This document shows positions 34,782 through 47,500 of a DNA stretch of 64,000 nt, in pieces. The notes under the pieces are model-generated. The model did not search any database. It was given only the letters and a program-made list of their open reading frames with translations, and had not been told where the DNA came from. Origin of the DNA: Dimorphilus gyrociliatus (taxonomy: Eukaryota > Animalia > Annelida); contig CAJFCJ010000016.1 of assembly GCA_904063045.1 (NCBI GenBank), positions 972,556-1,036,555 on the forward strand. Reading direction: 5' to 3'. Numbering within the stretch: the stretch's first letter is position 1; each line of letters opens with the position of its first letter. A program made the position numbers and the translations under genes.

Positions 34782-36749
34782 ATGTTGAAATTAAGGAACA
34801 TTCTATTAAATTTTATTGCCAACAATTGTGAATTAATGACTAATTGGTTAGATTCGAGATTAATTAGTTTACCTTCCGCATTATTCATTCAAATTCTGGA
34901 TTATTTTAACGAATACGAATTAGGTATTAATGACAATTACTTTAAATGTCTCTCCTTCATTGCTCATAATCTCGACTATATTCGATTCAATGGCGAAAGT
35001 ATTGGTGACAAGTCAACTTTATCCTTCTTGAACAATCATCGTCCCACATCTCTACGTGTTTATAATCTACAAGTTGTAGAGATTTCCCAATGGTTTCATT
35101 TCCTTCACTCGACAAATCTAATAGAATTAACCTTAGACGATTGCCTATTAAGTAGAGCTAATCCACTAAATGCAATTCAATACTTGATCAAATGCAAAAG
35201 TTTAACAAGGTTAGACGTTAGCTTTACTGATTTTAATAATGATTGTTTAACGGTTGTTTGCAAAGAAATCTTCCAGCTCAGCCATCTCAATATCACCGGT
35301 ACTTGTGTTACAAAACTAGAGTCTATAAAATCCCTTAAAGGTTTAACAGTTTTTAAATATTCAACCAACCATCTACAAATATCGTTTCTTCAACTGCAAT
35401 ACTTGACATTTCTTTCCCAACTTGAACATATCGAACTAAGTCGATTACAATTGAACTTTTTTCAAAATCCATCCTCAATTAATGAATTCTTCGATAAATC
35501 TTTATGGAAAAATTTGAAATATTTCACCATAATTGGCAGATTATCGATTGATATTGAAATTCTAAGGTTTGTACTATTCGTCTCTTCTAAACCAACTAAA
35601 CTAACCCTTTTCTATCCGATCATCTATAGGAATTTTGTATTGAAACACGATAAACTTGAATATCTGGGATTATTCATTAAATGTTTGAATGACGAGGAAG
35701 ATTTAAAAGTTTTTCAACGAATTTCCAATAAAATTCATACATTTTATTTACCCGTAATTGCCAATGTTTATCTTCTTCTTCTTCTTCTTTTTCTTCTTCA
35801 GTTTCTTCAGTTTTTCTTAACGCTTTTTTCATATTATTCTTTTTCCTTTGAACAGAATGAAAGAAAACGAGACGTTGAATATTTGTTGGAATGTTTATCT
35901 AAATTCAAATTCGGTAATACATTCAGCGAATCCATCTTTTTGCAGTATGACATTGATCAACTAATAATTGATAATTGTTCAAAAACGACTAAAGACCATT
36001 TATGGGAGGTAGGGGCGAATTGTATATGTTGTAGTGGTATTGTATAATCCAGCTTGTATCCTTTTATTCTGAATAGGTTCTAATTGAGATAATTGATTAT
36101 CATAAATTTACTGACGAAAGTAAAGAAAAGTTGAAAATCAAAGTGACGATGCTTCGCCACTGTTACGTTCTCTTATCAAAACTACTGCAATTTCCCAACT
36201 ATGAACAGCAATGGATTAAAGTAATAAATATTGGATGTAAAATTATTCAACATTTTCACAAATACTACGATCCTTGCGATGATTTATGGCTACTTTTGAA
36301 ATCGGTTTGTCATATAACCAATCATTTCTACTATAAAGTTCATTTTGTACGTAAACAAACAAACAAACAAACACCGATAAGCAATCAACGTCTACAGTTT
36401 ATTTCCAACTCTTTTTGTTTAGGTTTTAAAGAAGTATCATTTGGTAAAAGTACTTTTAAAAGTTGCTCATCCAATTTCGAACGACTCGTCGATTCTCGGC
36501 CTCTTGGAGAAACTTCTCAACCATATAGACTTTTCAATATTAAAGAAAAACGAAGCAATTGACTACTTGAAATGTTGCGATCATTTCCTCCACAACTACA
36601 GCGACGAAATGACTAGCCGCTTTTTTGTTGATCAACAATCTTTAACGCAAGTGAAGAGAATACAAATCATCATGGAACGGAAACAACGCGAATTTTCCTT
36701 TATCAACACATCGACGACGACGACGACGACGACGACGGTATTTCATTAA
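34782..36749 (+). CDS. ZYG11/ZER1-like LRR protein, paralog 4 (multi-exon)
   Basis: MLKLRNILLNFIANN, LPSALFIQILDYF, LTRLDVSFTDF, LSHLNITGT; phase-2 intron after EILR rejoining RNFVLKHDKL; C-terminal exons similar to paralogs 2 and 3; poly-Thr from (GAC)n near the end. Confidence 0.72.
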
Positions 36750-37228
36750 TTTAGCAGAAAAACTCCAACCCTGACTAGAAATGAGGAAAATTGAAAAAAT
36801 AATGATTTCCAAGTGGTAAATAACTGAAATGAACGACAATTTAATGCTTAATACGCGTTTTGCAGTTGACAATTTACAGAGTTTTCAATTAAAACTTGCG
36901 AAATTACGTAACGTTAAATTGTTAAATTATTTATGTAGTTTCTTTCCTTTTATACTTTCCTATTAAAATAGTCAAAGAATTTACTATAAATTTCAACTTG
37001 ATTAACAATCTTTTCAACAAACATTTTGTGTAATTTATTTGTTTTTCATTTTTCATTCATTTAATATTTAATTTGTCTCGATAAAATGAAAATTTTCACC
37101 AGTTTTAACTCGGACACAAACTTAAAGTTTGCCATTCTCGAATTTGCATTGAATACAAGCAATATTTCAATTTCTATTACAAACCACTTGTACCAAGTTG
37201 TGTTAATGAAAACATAAAACAGCTATTG

Positions 37229-39880
37229 TCAGATTGTACAGCAATAGGCAGTTTGGCATTTATCATAGTCGGCCAACATCTTCTTTCCGACAAGAGATAG
37301 CGAAGAATATTCAAGTGAGTTTGTATCTTTCAATCTAACGCTATTCAAACAACATAAATTAGTAGCAAAGTTGAATGATAAAGTTGAACATTTCGTTTCG
37401 TTGCAGAGAAAGAAGCAGTTTGTTAAATTTTCAGTTGTTCTATTCATTGAACAATAGTCGTTGTTTGCTTTGAACTTCATATTTTTTTAATATTTTCACC
37501 TTATTAAAGCAGGCCTTGTTTTGATCTGGAGAGGAAAAAACAAATTGAGAATAAGATAACTATTATTCATTCTGGCTGAATTGGGGCTTAGAAAAAATGA
37601 AAGATTTTTACTAAGCCCTTCTCTTTCCAAACACTTTCAATTCGCATATATCTAACCTATTCGAATGGTCTTTTCTAACTATTGATAATTCACTACCAAT
37701 CATTGATCTATTACATTCAATTTCAATTAGGAAATTAACAATAAGTTTGTTTGTAGTAAATGTTGAACACAATTCCACCATATTCCGTTCTTTCCAATCG
37801 ACGAATATGCTTACGTTGTTAAATACGTCTGTACAGAGAAGACGAAACAAAACAGTGAGAATAATGGAAAAGATTGGACCGGCTTACTTGTTGTTGTTAC
37901 GTCGTAGCGAGATTGAATAATTACTTGACTAACGTAATAGGCGGAATTGAAGATAACTGTCAATGTAGCTGCGACAGTATTTTTAATTATTGTACAAGAT
38001 GTAAAGGGGAAGATTGAAGGAATATTATTGAAATTTCCATCAATAGCCTTTAGAGGGGAATTTTTATAATCTACCATATCGTCCAAAGATTCGTTGGAAT
38101 TTGAATAAGCACCAATCAGAGGTATCTGAAAAGTCGATTCATGATGACTTTCGTTCATTTGACCATAGGCAAACAGCTCATTAATTTGCAGTACAACGTC
38201 TTCAACATTCTGTACAAATATATATCTGCCACTTTTAAACGGTTCGCTACAAAACCAATTCAATATTTCTCCATCCGGTTCTGGTGGATTGTTTATACTT
38301 TTATTACAGTCTGATAAAGTATATTTCCTATTCGTATCAATCGTTATCTTCTTATCAACAATTTTAAAAATGATGTCATATCTCTTCTCTGTAATAGAAA
38401 TGATTGCAATTATTCAGTCATTCATTCAGTCATTTGCTGCATTACCGATCTTATAAACTCTCGATGGAATTAATAAAGAATAAATGTCATAAACATTCAA
38501 CATGTCAATAAACAGCCAACTGATATCGTTTTGTAATTGTGTCAACAAAAAATGCCTTCCACTAAAGCCGTCTGTAGAATAATAAGGATAAAATGGTTGA
38601 TCGATGTGTTGGTCGTTAAAAAAGATAGAATTCACCCAAGCAGGTTTACCAAACGCGGCGTTAACGACAACTGTTTTTTATATCACGAACAGATTTTACT
38701 CTTTTAATCACTTTACGAACAAATTACAAAAGATTTTCACCTGAATCTGATTGAAAAACACCAAATACTTGGCATTTTTGAAAACTCAACTTTACTGCGG
38801 ATTTTAAAGTTACGTATTCGCCAACCAAATGATTTTCACATTGAATAAACAAATACAAACTATCAACCGAATTACTTTGGTAATTTTTGCACAATTCTTT
38901 TGACGTCGTTGATTGGTTGATAGCTACATTTGTATTTTGTATATAAACTTGTAGGTGGCTGGAGAATTGAACATTAAACAGGTCAACACCGTAGACTAGA
39001 TATTTGCCGCGAAGATAAACTGTAAACCATACGAGAGGTTCATCTTTTGAGGTGAAATGTGTTGGAGGTTTATTCTCGTCCAAACCGTATCCTGGATAAG
39101 AGTTCGAGTCTCTAACGCTCGAACTGAAACCATCCCCGCCCAGCGCCAGACAATCTAGAATTATTAGCGGTAGGAAACAAGTATGAAACGTATTTATTTG
39201 TATTCATTGATAATATACAGTGGTACCTGTATATATTTCTAGTTCGCAGGTTGTCTTACAGTTTGCGGTTGAAGAGCGTAAAACAATATATTGCCCAGGT
39301 AACATTTCATCATAACAGTCAATAATCAACCGTTCACCATTCGAAGTAATTGTGTAATTTTTAACGCAGTATTCATAGATAATCGATGAGATGGTAGAAT
39401 CAATTTCAATCTCCTTCTCTTTACCGTAAATATCAAGAATTTGCAGATCTTCGGCTGTTTTATACAAACAATGAATTGTAGTTGCAGTAAATGAAGTGAG
39501 TAAAGGATAAACAAACTTTGACTATTTGGAAGATAGATTATTACTCTTTTAACAATGTACCTTTCACCTAAATCCACTGCTATCCATATTGAAAGAGAGG
39601 TACTGCGCAATTTTACACATCCACCTAAACTTACATTTGAACTTGTCACTCCGTCAACGAGATGACTCTTATGATAAATGTAGCTCTCCTCGTAGGCTAT
39701 CGATTGGTGAAAGACTCGCTTATTCAAGGCAATATTGTACTTTCCTGACGATAAAACTCCGTAGCATAGATTTCTATACAATCTATTATTTATCCACGAT
39801 TTTCCTTGTTCAAAATGTTCAGCATTTTAACTTATGACCTTCATCTGCTGTTGAATAGCGGTGACTGTTGTTTTCCTCAT
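37229..39880 (-). CDS. multi-domain protein with about four F-type lectin (FTP)-like domains and a C-terminal PAN/apple domain
   Basis: YNIALNKRVF..LVDG..WIAVDLGERYIVKRV; repeated GQYIVL..CELEIY / GEYVTL..CQVFG / GRYIFVQ..INELFAYG / GSELSIV..ICELKVFG endings; last exon NCFFLCNETKCSTLSFNFATNLCCLN. The 5' end is approximate. Confidence 0.65.
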
Positions 39881-41565
39881 CCATTTCGAAAGATTTTCCT
39901 TAAATCCCGGAGAGTTTAATGAGCATTTCGTATGCGTTCTCCAAAGGTACTCAATACATTGTTTAATATGATAGGTGTCGGCGTTTGCAATTCCGCAAAT
40001 TCCCTTTTCGGAATCTGTTTAAATGCATGCAACGATGCAAATGCTCAGAGTACTAGAAAATGGAAGAAACGAAAAGTTTATACTTTTTAGAACGATTGTA
40101 GCAATTTGCTTAAACTGTCCAATAGGCTTAAATATCCTTAAGGGATAGTTGCATTTATTTTTTACAAAGCAGACTAATTCGCCGTTAGTTTTGAAAACAA
40201 CTGTAGCTGCGACTCTGTTTGAATTCTCTTGAATCATTTCAAAACATTTGTAAACGTTCGATACGACAGCGTTCGCTACATCATTCCTTAAACAATCTTT
40301 TTCAGTATAATGAACCGTTGAACCTGAAATGCTTTTTTATGTATTCTTTCGAAAGGCAACAAACAAAACAAGTTGAATATCAACTCTACCTAAATTGCAA
40401 ATGCTATTGTTCATTGGAAATTCGCAAACGCATATTCCTTGTACGCACTGGCCACCATTTAAGCAGTAGTTTATCTGTGTACAATTGCCTAACGGCAATC
40501 GAGTATTATCGTTATAATCTATACATTTACGCTAATATCGCCCAATAGGCTAATCATCCTACCTAATAAAACAGCAACGTTACACGATAATAAAATTACA
40601 ATTGAGTATAGCAAAACATTATGCAACTTGATGAAAATATATTCAGCCATAGACATTCCATGCTGAATGAAACATTCAATGGCGTCTACAAACATTTGAA
40701 CGCCTTTACCAAAGAACAATAGACGTATAGAATACTTCAAAAGTATTTCATCAGAGTATTCACTATTTCATTGGTATATTCTCCAGATGTTAGCCAACAC
40801 TCGGCAAACGTTGACAATTCCACAAAACTCATCATTTCAGTCTTTCTTCCCTTAGCCAAAGCTCTTTGATTTTAGAATTTAAACGAAAATTTGCCAAATA
40901 TTCACCAAGATTAGTAGAATCTTTGATAGATAAATAGGGTTAGGTTCAACATTCCACAAGATTTGATTAGGAAAATACTAGTTCACAATTTGAATGTTGT
41001 ATCGATCAAACTTTCGACGATTGTTAAACAAGCGAATTCTACTAACGAAAAGAGCTTTGTTGCTCGTCAACGAAACAGTCTTTTTGAAGATAGTTTGCCT
41101 GATTTAAGGGAAATTTGAAGATTGGCAACTCGGGCAGGAATATTTTACATTTTTGTCGTTTTCTTGTAATTAATAAATGAGTAATGTTTGATTGTAATTT
41201 TACGTAAAGTTTAAGGAGAAGATGGATCCCCGCCCCTTCCTCCCTACGAAAATCAACATATATATATATTGTATAAAAGTGTAATTTTTGAAAAGTATAA
41301 AGCAGCCTTTTAATTCAGTAAATATAAATTTGTACAACCAATATAAATTGAATTGAAAAGCCTGGTTTAACCAAGTTTGCTTTAGACAAGTTTCTATTAC
41401 AACAAACATTAAGCGTAGTTAGGCAACACAGTAGAGTTATTATTGAACTTTCTTGCCCATCTTTTTTCACAGAATTTCAATTAGTTTTAAACATTTCATT
41501 TACACAAGTCCAGTTGACAAACTGAAAGATAATTTGTTTTATAATAGTTTGATAGCATTGTTTGT

Positions 41566-42411
41566 CTAATTGTTGTTGAGTGAATTCTCGTCATTAAACT
41601 TTCTCTTTTTGCTACAGTTACTATCGTTATTTTCAAAGAATTTCATCGTGACTTGAAGCTTATTCTCGTTCTTATCCCTTAAATTATCCTTTAATAATAT
41701 TTCCAATTCGTTATTTTTCTCCTCCAATTGTTGATTTAAACTTGAAATCTGCTCTCTAAGCTGTTCATTGTTCTTTCGCAATTCTTCTTCGGCTGTTTCC
41801 ATTTTAAGAAATACATTCATATCAATCGACGTAAAAAGCAATTTTTCTCCGCTAAGAACCGACATAAATGGATCATTGCCGGTAGTGTTCAATCTCCACA
41901 GATTTTCAATTAGATCAACGCACAAACCTTCAATTTCAAAAGTGAACGGTATTTGCTTGCAAGTAAATTTAATGGGAGCTTTAATGCTTAGTAGGCTATC
42001 CCGTTTCAAGCTTTTCGCAAGTTTTTTCCATTCGGAGGAGGCGACCATATTCAGTATCTTGACCGTTTTTTGAATTATACACATATCGGCGGTAGGTTCT
42101 TTGGCTATTGGCGTAAAAGTCATACATTCCGCTTCGCACGCAAACATGTGCTTGGAAATTGGTCCACATGCATTTTCCTCCGTCCTCTTTAAAATATTAC
42201 TAATCCTATTCTCAAAAGTAACCTTACACCGACTTACAATTCGAAATGAGCACTTTTTACAGATGGCCAACAGCAATAAACCGCAAGATTTACAAGTTAA
42301 TTCGTTATTAATTGGTACGGTAATCCTCAAATCGGACGACGACCAATATTCAGCTTCGACGAAAACGTTACAGGATTGACAATTCTTTTGATTACATTTT
42401 CTGGCCGGCAT
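41566..42411 (-). CDS. intronless orphan Cys-rich protein with C-terminal coiled coil
   Basis: 281-aa ATG-started ORF; CxxC motifs (CQSC, CKSC, CKKC); heptad-like EELRKNNEQLREQISSLNQQLEEKNNELE; basic KKRK near the end. Confidence 0.65.
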   Translation of the reverse strand: MPARKCNQKNCQSCNVFVEAEYWSSSDLRITVPINNELTCKSCGLLLLAICKKCSFRIVSRCKVTFENRISNILKRTEENACGPISKHMFACEAECMTFTPIAKEPTADMCIIQKTVKILNMVASSEWKKLAKSLKRDSLLSIKAPIKFTCKQIPFTFEIEGLCVDLIENLWRLNTTGNDPFMSVLSGEKLLFTSIDMNVFLKMETAEEELRKNNEQLREQISSLNQQLEEKNNELEILLKDNLRDKNENKLQVTMKFFENNDSNCSKKRKFNDENSLNNN

Positions 42412-42490
42412 TTTATGTTTTCTCCTAGTTTTTCATTCCTTACGACATGCTTCCGCTTACGCAATACAATCCCATCTACCCATTCCTACA

Positions 42491-42698
42491 GGGGTCGACA
42501 GAAAACGTCCACAAATGAGAAATTTCAAGACAAAAATTTTGATTGAGAAATGGTTAGGCAGAAGAAAACAGCAACTGATTTGTACTTAGGAGGGTCTCCT
42601 CTGAGGGTTAGGGGTAAAGGAAAAAGGTTAGGTACAGCTAAGGGCTGGGTTAGGGTTAGGGTAAAAGCACTGATTTGTGGACGTTTTCTGTCGTATCC
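42491..42698. mobile_element. Mutator-type MITE (208 bp)
   Basis: 26-bp TIRs (GGGGTCGACAGAAAACGTCCACAAAT versus the reverse complement GGATACGACAGAAAACGTCCACAAAT); flanking 9-mers ATTCCTACA / GTTCCCACA (7/9 match); TIR core shared with the element at 48878. Confidence 0.85.
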
Positions 42699-43498
42699 GT
42701 TCCCACAGTACCCGCCAAAAACCAGTTTACCCATAATTCTTTCTTATTCGCTCTAATCTTCAACAGCGTGTTTCTTTCTTACTTTCTTTCTTGTTCGTAT
42801 ACTTAAAACAGAGTGATTTAAGCGTCTCTTCGACGCATTTTCTACCTTTAGAAAAAATCCAATCACTACTTAAGCGATTATTAAACCTTTCTTAATGGGA
42901 ATAACATTGAAAAGTAAAAATATAATATAAACAAAGCATACAAGGAGAATGATTGTTTTGGTTCAGCTTCGTACCGGCCTTTTTTGGGGGAATGACCTTT
43001 AAAGGTTAAGGGTCAGGGTTGGATAAATTAAAAATTAAAGTTGGTTGGTTAATCTGAAAACTTGAACTTGATTGCGTTTCCTTGGCAATTTTATCCTTAA
43101 ATATTCATGTATTGCTTAAAAGCGTATCCCTTCTAGACAGTTGAACATATAATAATTGGTTTGCAATAATCAAGTTTGCTTTAGACAAGTTTCTGTTACA
43201 ACAAACACAAGCCGTAGCTTAGCAACTTAATTGACCTTCTATTGAATTTTTTTTTCTTTATCTTTCAATCCTGTTAATTTTTCTTTTTCCGCCATATTTT
43301 TGGATTGAAAAGTTAATTTCGGCTATTATCTTATAGGAAGAGGAGGAGATTTCCCGCCTTTAATTACGTCTCGTTGATGAAACAGAACAAAAGAGTATAG
43401 GAAAAGGCGAAATTTTTGATTTCGTACCATTGAAATTCAACTTTAGAGCGTTGCTTTTCTGTTTTTGTTGTGTTTTGCCGTTGTCGACTGATAGAAGA

Positions 43499-44572
43499 AT
43501 GAGAACATTTTACAGATGGACAACTGCAATTGTTGTAGTTGTTTGTCAGATGGTAGACATTTTAATATACTGTTAATCTCTTTTAATAGTCTTTTTTTTC
43601 TCTCTTTTTTTTTGTTAGGCATTTGCACACGGTCTACGCTGTCAAAAATGCTTCGATTGCCTAAATGAAAAGTACGAAATTGAAGAATGTTTACCCAACT
43701 ATACCTGCTCTTATCAATCTAAAAGTTGTGTTTTCACTATTTCATTCCGTATTTAGCCTATGATTTTTACTTAGATATTTTCAGTGTATTATTAAGATTA
43801 GATAAACAATCTAGGCTATTGCGTACAATATTACTATCTTTCTATATAAGCATAGAATTTCCCTACAGTTGTTGAAGGGATGGAAAGGGTTACTAAAATG
43901 TGCGCACCACCCTACGAAACGATTGAGAATAATTGCAAAATTGATAGAGAATACGGTACATTGACGACAACTTGTACTTGTTCCACAAACGACGAATGTA
44001 ATAGACATGCTATTCCTAATTTCATTGACAAACTATCCGGTAAGTTAGGTTTCGTGTATTAAAAATCCTTTTTATAGTTAGCCTCTTCTTCTACTACTAC
44101 AACTACTACTACTGCTTTTTAGCTGTTTCCTGCTGGCAATGCGACTCGAGAAGAGAATCTTGGTGTGGCAAGAAATTTCTCGCACCATCCGGAAGTATTG
44201 ATCAATTTATTTGCAAAACAAACTTTTCCTGCGCAATAATAGTAAAAAATTACAAGTCGAAAGGTTCGCCTTATTACTTATAGATTTTCAAATAGTTCAA
44301 ACAAATAAATACGTTAACGATTGCTTTTGTCAAATGCAGACGAGTACTATCAACGATACTGCTACAATTCATTAGCGTTTAGGACTGGTTGCGCTACACC
44401 TTACCCTGGGATGACTAAAGATTTATGCCTGTGCAAATCGACAAAATGCAATACGGATAAACCGAAACAACGAAGCCCGTATATTCCATATTGGAAAAAA
44501 GATATCAGTGGAGCGAAAATAGTGGATTATTCTGTCTTTCCGCTGTTAGCAGTACTGCTACTGACGAGTTGA
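43499..44572 (+). CDS. Ly6/uPAR (quiver/sleepless-like) protein with two three-finger domains, probably GPI-anchored
   Basis: Signal exon MRTFYRWTTAIVVVVCQM; LRCQKCFDC..; TCTCSTNDECN; VSCWQCDSRRESWCG..; CLCKSTKCN; hydrophobic tail VFPLLAVLLLTS. Confidence 0.75.
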
Positions 44573-47500
44573 CGAGGGGGGGGGGATTTGTGCGTTGAAG
44601 TATTTCTGTTTGTTTGTTCGCCGTTGGTGCAGAAACAAAAATGGGATAAAAGCACGAGAATCTTAGGAAGTTCACTTTTCTCTCTAATTGAAAAATAAAA
44701 GAGTAAAATTAGAATAATTAATTAATTTAATCATTAAAGAAAGATTACACAAAAGAGAAACTAGACACAATGATAGAAATGAATTCTAATCTAATAGTAA
44801 AGTATACAAATTGTTTTTTATCCATTCAAAGCTTTTGCCATTGTTTGAAAAAGAAAGAAAAAAAGAAAAGTGGTAAAATACAAGATAATTCAATAATTCC
44901 TCTAGTTAATTACCTCTTTTTTGTCTATTGTTTCAAAATAATAATAATACATTCTTCAATATTCCGATATATTCTTCGAATAGACGAATGAATGAATGAA
45001 TGCTTGAATAGCTTACAAAACATCGATGGAATAATTACGGTTGACAATACTGTTGAGCGGAATCTGTCAACTAGCAAAGGTTACGTAAATATTTCTACTT
45101 CCTCATTCACCGCTCACATAACAAACTGATTTACCCTTTTAATATACGCTCTATTGATCTCAACTTCAATTTTATAACTTGTCCTCTTATAGAGGTCATC
45201 TTTTAATATACATTGCATTTAGCAATTATTCCCTCATCTCATTTTCTTTCCTCCACTCCTAATATACAATTTGGTCATTTTGTATTTTAATAGTGAAATC
45301 TGTGGCGATTGCAGGTAGAGAGTATTAATCTATTTTGGGAGTAGGAGTCTTTGAATAAATTAATTTTTCATGTAGAAAACAAAATCTTGCATGACTATCT
45401 TTCAATTGCAGAAAAGATGATGATACTCGAAGGTTAAATGATAAATATCAGCAATCTGTTCAAAAGTTCTGTCACTTTGACATTCATTCAAAGTGAATGT
45501 TCCAAGAAAATTTCTTGTACATAAGTAAGAGGAAGCGTATTCAGGCAAAAACACCTTGTACCAATTCTTATTCTATTTAGATAGTTTAACTATTGTTATT
45601 CAAAACACTGTGAAATGTTTACACTGAATACAAATTTTACAACATTGACGATAAAATTTAATGATACTATTGACTACTACGAAAAAGCCATTTGTGGTAA
45701 ATTAGTAAATTTACGTATGCAATCGTAATTTTCATCAAAATTCATAAATATAAACAAACGAACAAACAGCTAATAGACTGGTACTTTTCCTATAAAATCG
45801 TATTATTGTATGGAGAATAGGAATTGTTTTTTTTTTACATATGCTTTTAGACACTTGATTTAAGACAAACTGAATTCAAGCATAAAGAAACTGCAAAATT
45901 CAAGAAAGTTTCTTGCAGAAATTATTCAAGTTTTGTTGCTGTGAGACTGGAACCAAAACTGTTTCTTACTACTTCTCCGCTATCTTTTTTCCCTACTTAA
46001 TTAACAAACACAAACTTATCAGCTATAGATAATATTATATAATGCCAATGTGGGAACATGAAATTAGTAAACTTTAAAAGCACAGATAATCAAACTAAAA
46101 ATGTGTGTGAGAAAGTTCTACAAACATGTTAAAAAGAGATAAGAATATGTAGTAATAAAAATTCTGTAGGACTGTACACCATATTCATAAGAGTGACAGA
46201 TATATAGGCATATGTATAAAAATCAGTTTAAAATTTGAGATGAAATAATTGAATTCTGTAAAAGTATTTAATAACAGCATTATAGTATTAGTCTATGTAC
46301 TGAATTTCAAAGATCTATCTTAATTAATAACAGAGTTGGTTCTACCCTGACAAATATATTAATATAGGCTTTTATGTAAGAAAGACCATGTAAATTTTGA
46401 TGGCTCCATAACTCTGGAACTCTAACAGATAATTGAATTCTGTAAAAAGATTTGGAATGAGTATATCGATATTAGTTTGTGTACAAAATTTGAAAGCTCT
46501 ATGATTATTAATAAGAAATTTAGTTTTTTTGTGACAAATATTTTAAGGTATGCTACAGAGTTTAAATATAACATTCATAACAATCCATATCTCAGCAACT
46601 ACTTAGCCGATTGTGATGAAATTTGAAGTGAAATTAATGACAGAATGAGACTAAATTAAATTACAATCAATTGAAACTGTAAAGTTAATTGAAATAAAAG
46701 TATTAATAATTTTTTAAAAAAATATTTTATTTAAAAAAGAAAAAGTATAGAAATTAGAAGAAAAGAAATCTATATCTAAAATTAAAAGCATATACAGGGA
46801 AAAAACTATTATTATCTTCTATATAATTGTTTAAGAAATTTTAAAAGACTGTTTCTGTTTTCTATTCTCAAAACCCACTGAATCTAAGTTGAGGGTTGAT
46901 TTTAACCTGCAGTTTGGACTTGAAATATTTTTGAAAATTTATCAACTTTTTTCAGTTGAAATTTTTCCAAGTCCAGTGCCTCATTGAGGGTAAATTTTCA
47001 AAATTGTCGGATTGCTTTCAAACTTGAATCCAAGCTTGCCCCTACATTGGAAAGATAGAAAAAAATATTTTCAATTTTGTATCAGAACTCTGAAAATTTT
47101 TGATTTTCAAAGCTCAGCCACTCTTGAACCATAAGAGCTATATGGACTATGTAGCATATTGATGAAAAGCTCTGTTTGTGCTCTTTCACCTCCAGCTGAT
47201 TTGAAACATCTAGGGTGACTCATAACAAAACAGATTTGGGACATTTTTACCACAGCACTGATTTTTACCCAATATTGTTGGAATGACTGATATTAAAGTT
47301 ATCATTATGAGTATAAAAATTTTTGAAAAATTCTCATAAGATGTTTTGCACATATCAAAGTCTTCATCACTTGTACTTTTACAGTCATACTTAATGTTAC
47401 AACAATGTCTCTTAGATAGGAATTTTTTTCACATGACAATTTCAAGTTTACAGGTGCAAGATTCTAATAATTCCCCACAATGTTTCACATCTTTTGAATA

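Larger units (their letters stand above)
41372..43250 (+). repeat. diverged direct repeat of about 80 bp (copies at about 41372-41455 and 43171-43250)
   Basis: Both copies begin CAAGTTTGCTTTAGACAAGTTTCT(A/G)TTACAACAAACA and stay alignable through ..GCAAC..ATTGAA. Confidence 0.85.

Noticed and set aside
39900-41160. Possible minus-strand gene or degenerate duplicate of the orphan ORF
   Set aside because: All frames are interrupted, and I could not build a consistent splice model or see similarity to the 281-aa protein.
42600-42662. Interstitial telomere or chromosome fusion scar
   Set aside because: Only a few degenerate TTAGGG units are present, enclosed by MITE TIRs and a TSD.
46230-47300. 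Diverged tandem of about 184 bp and Helentron/DINE-like phrases (also about 55950-56090)
   Set aside because: Probably old non-autonomous repeat debris, but ends and family cannot be defined by eye.
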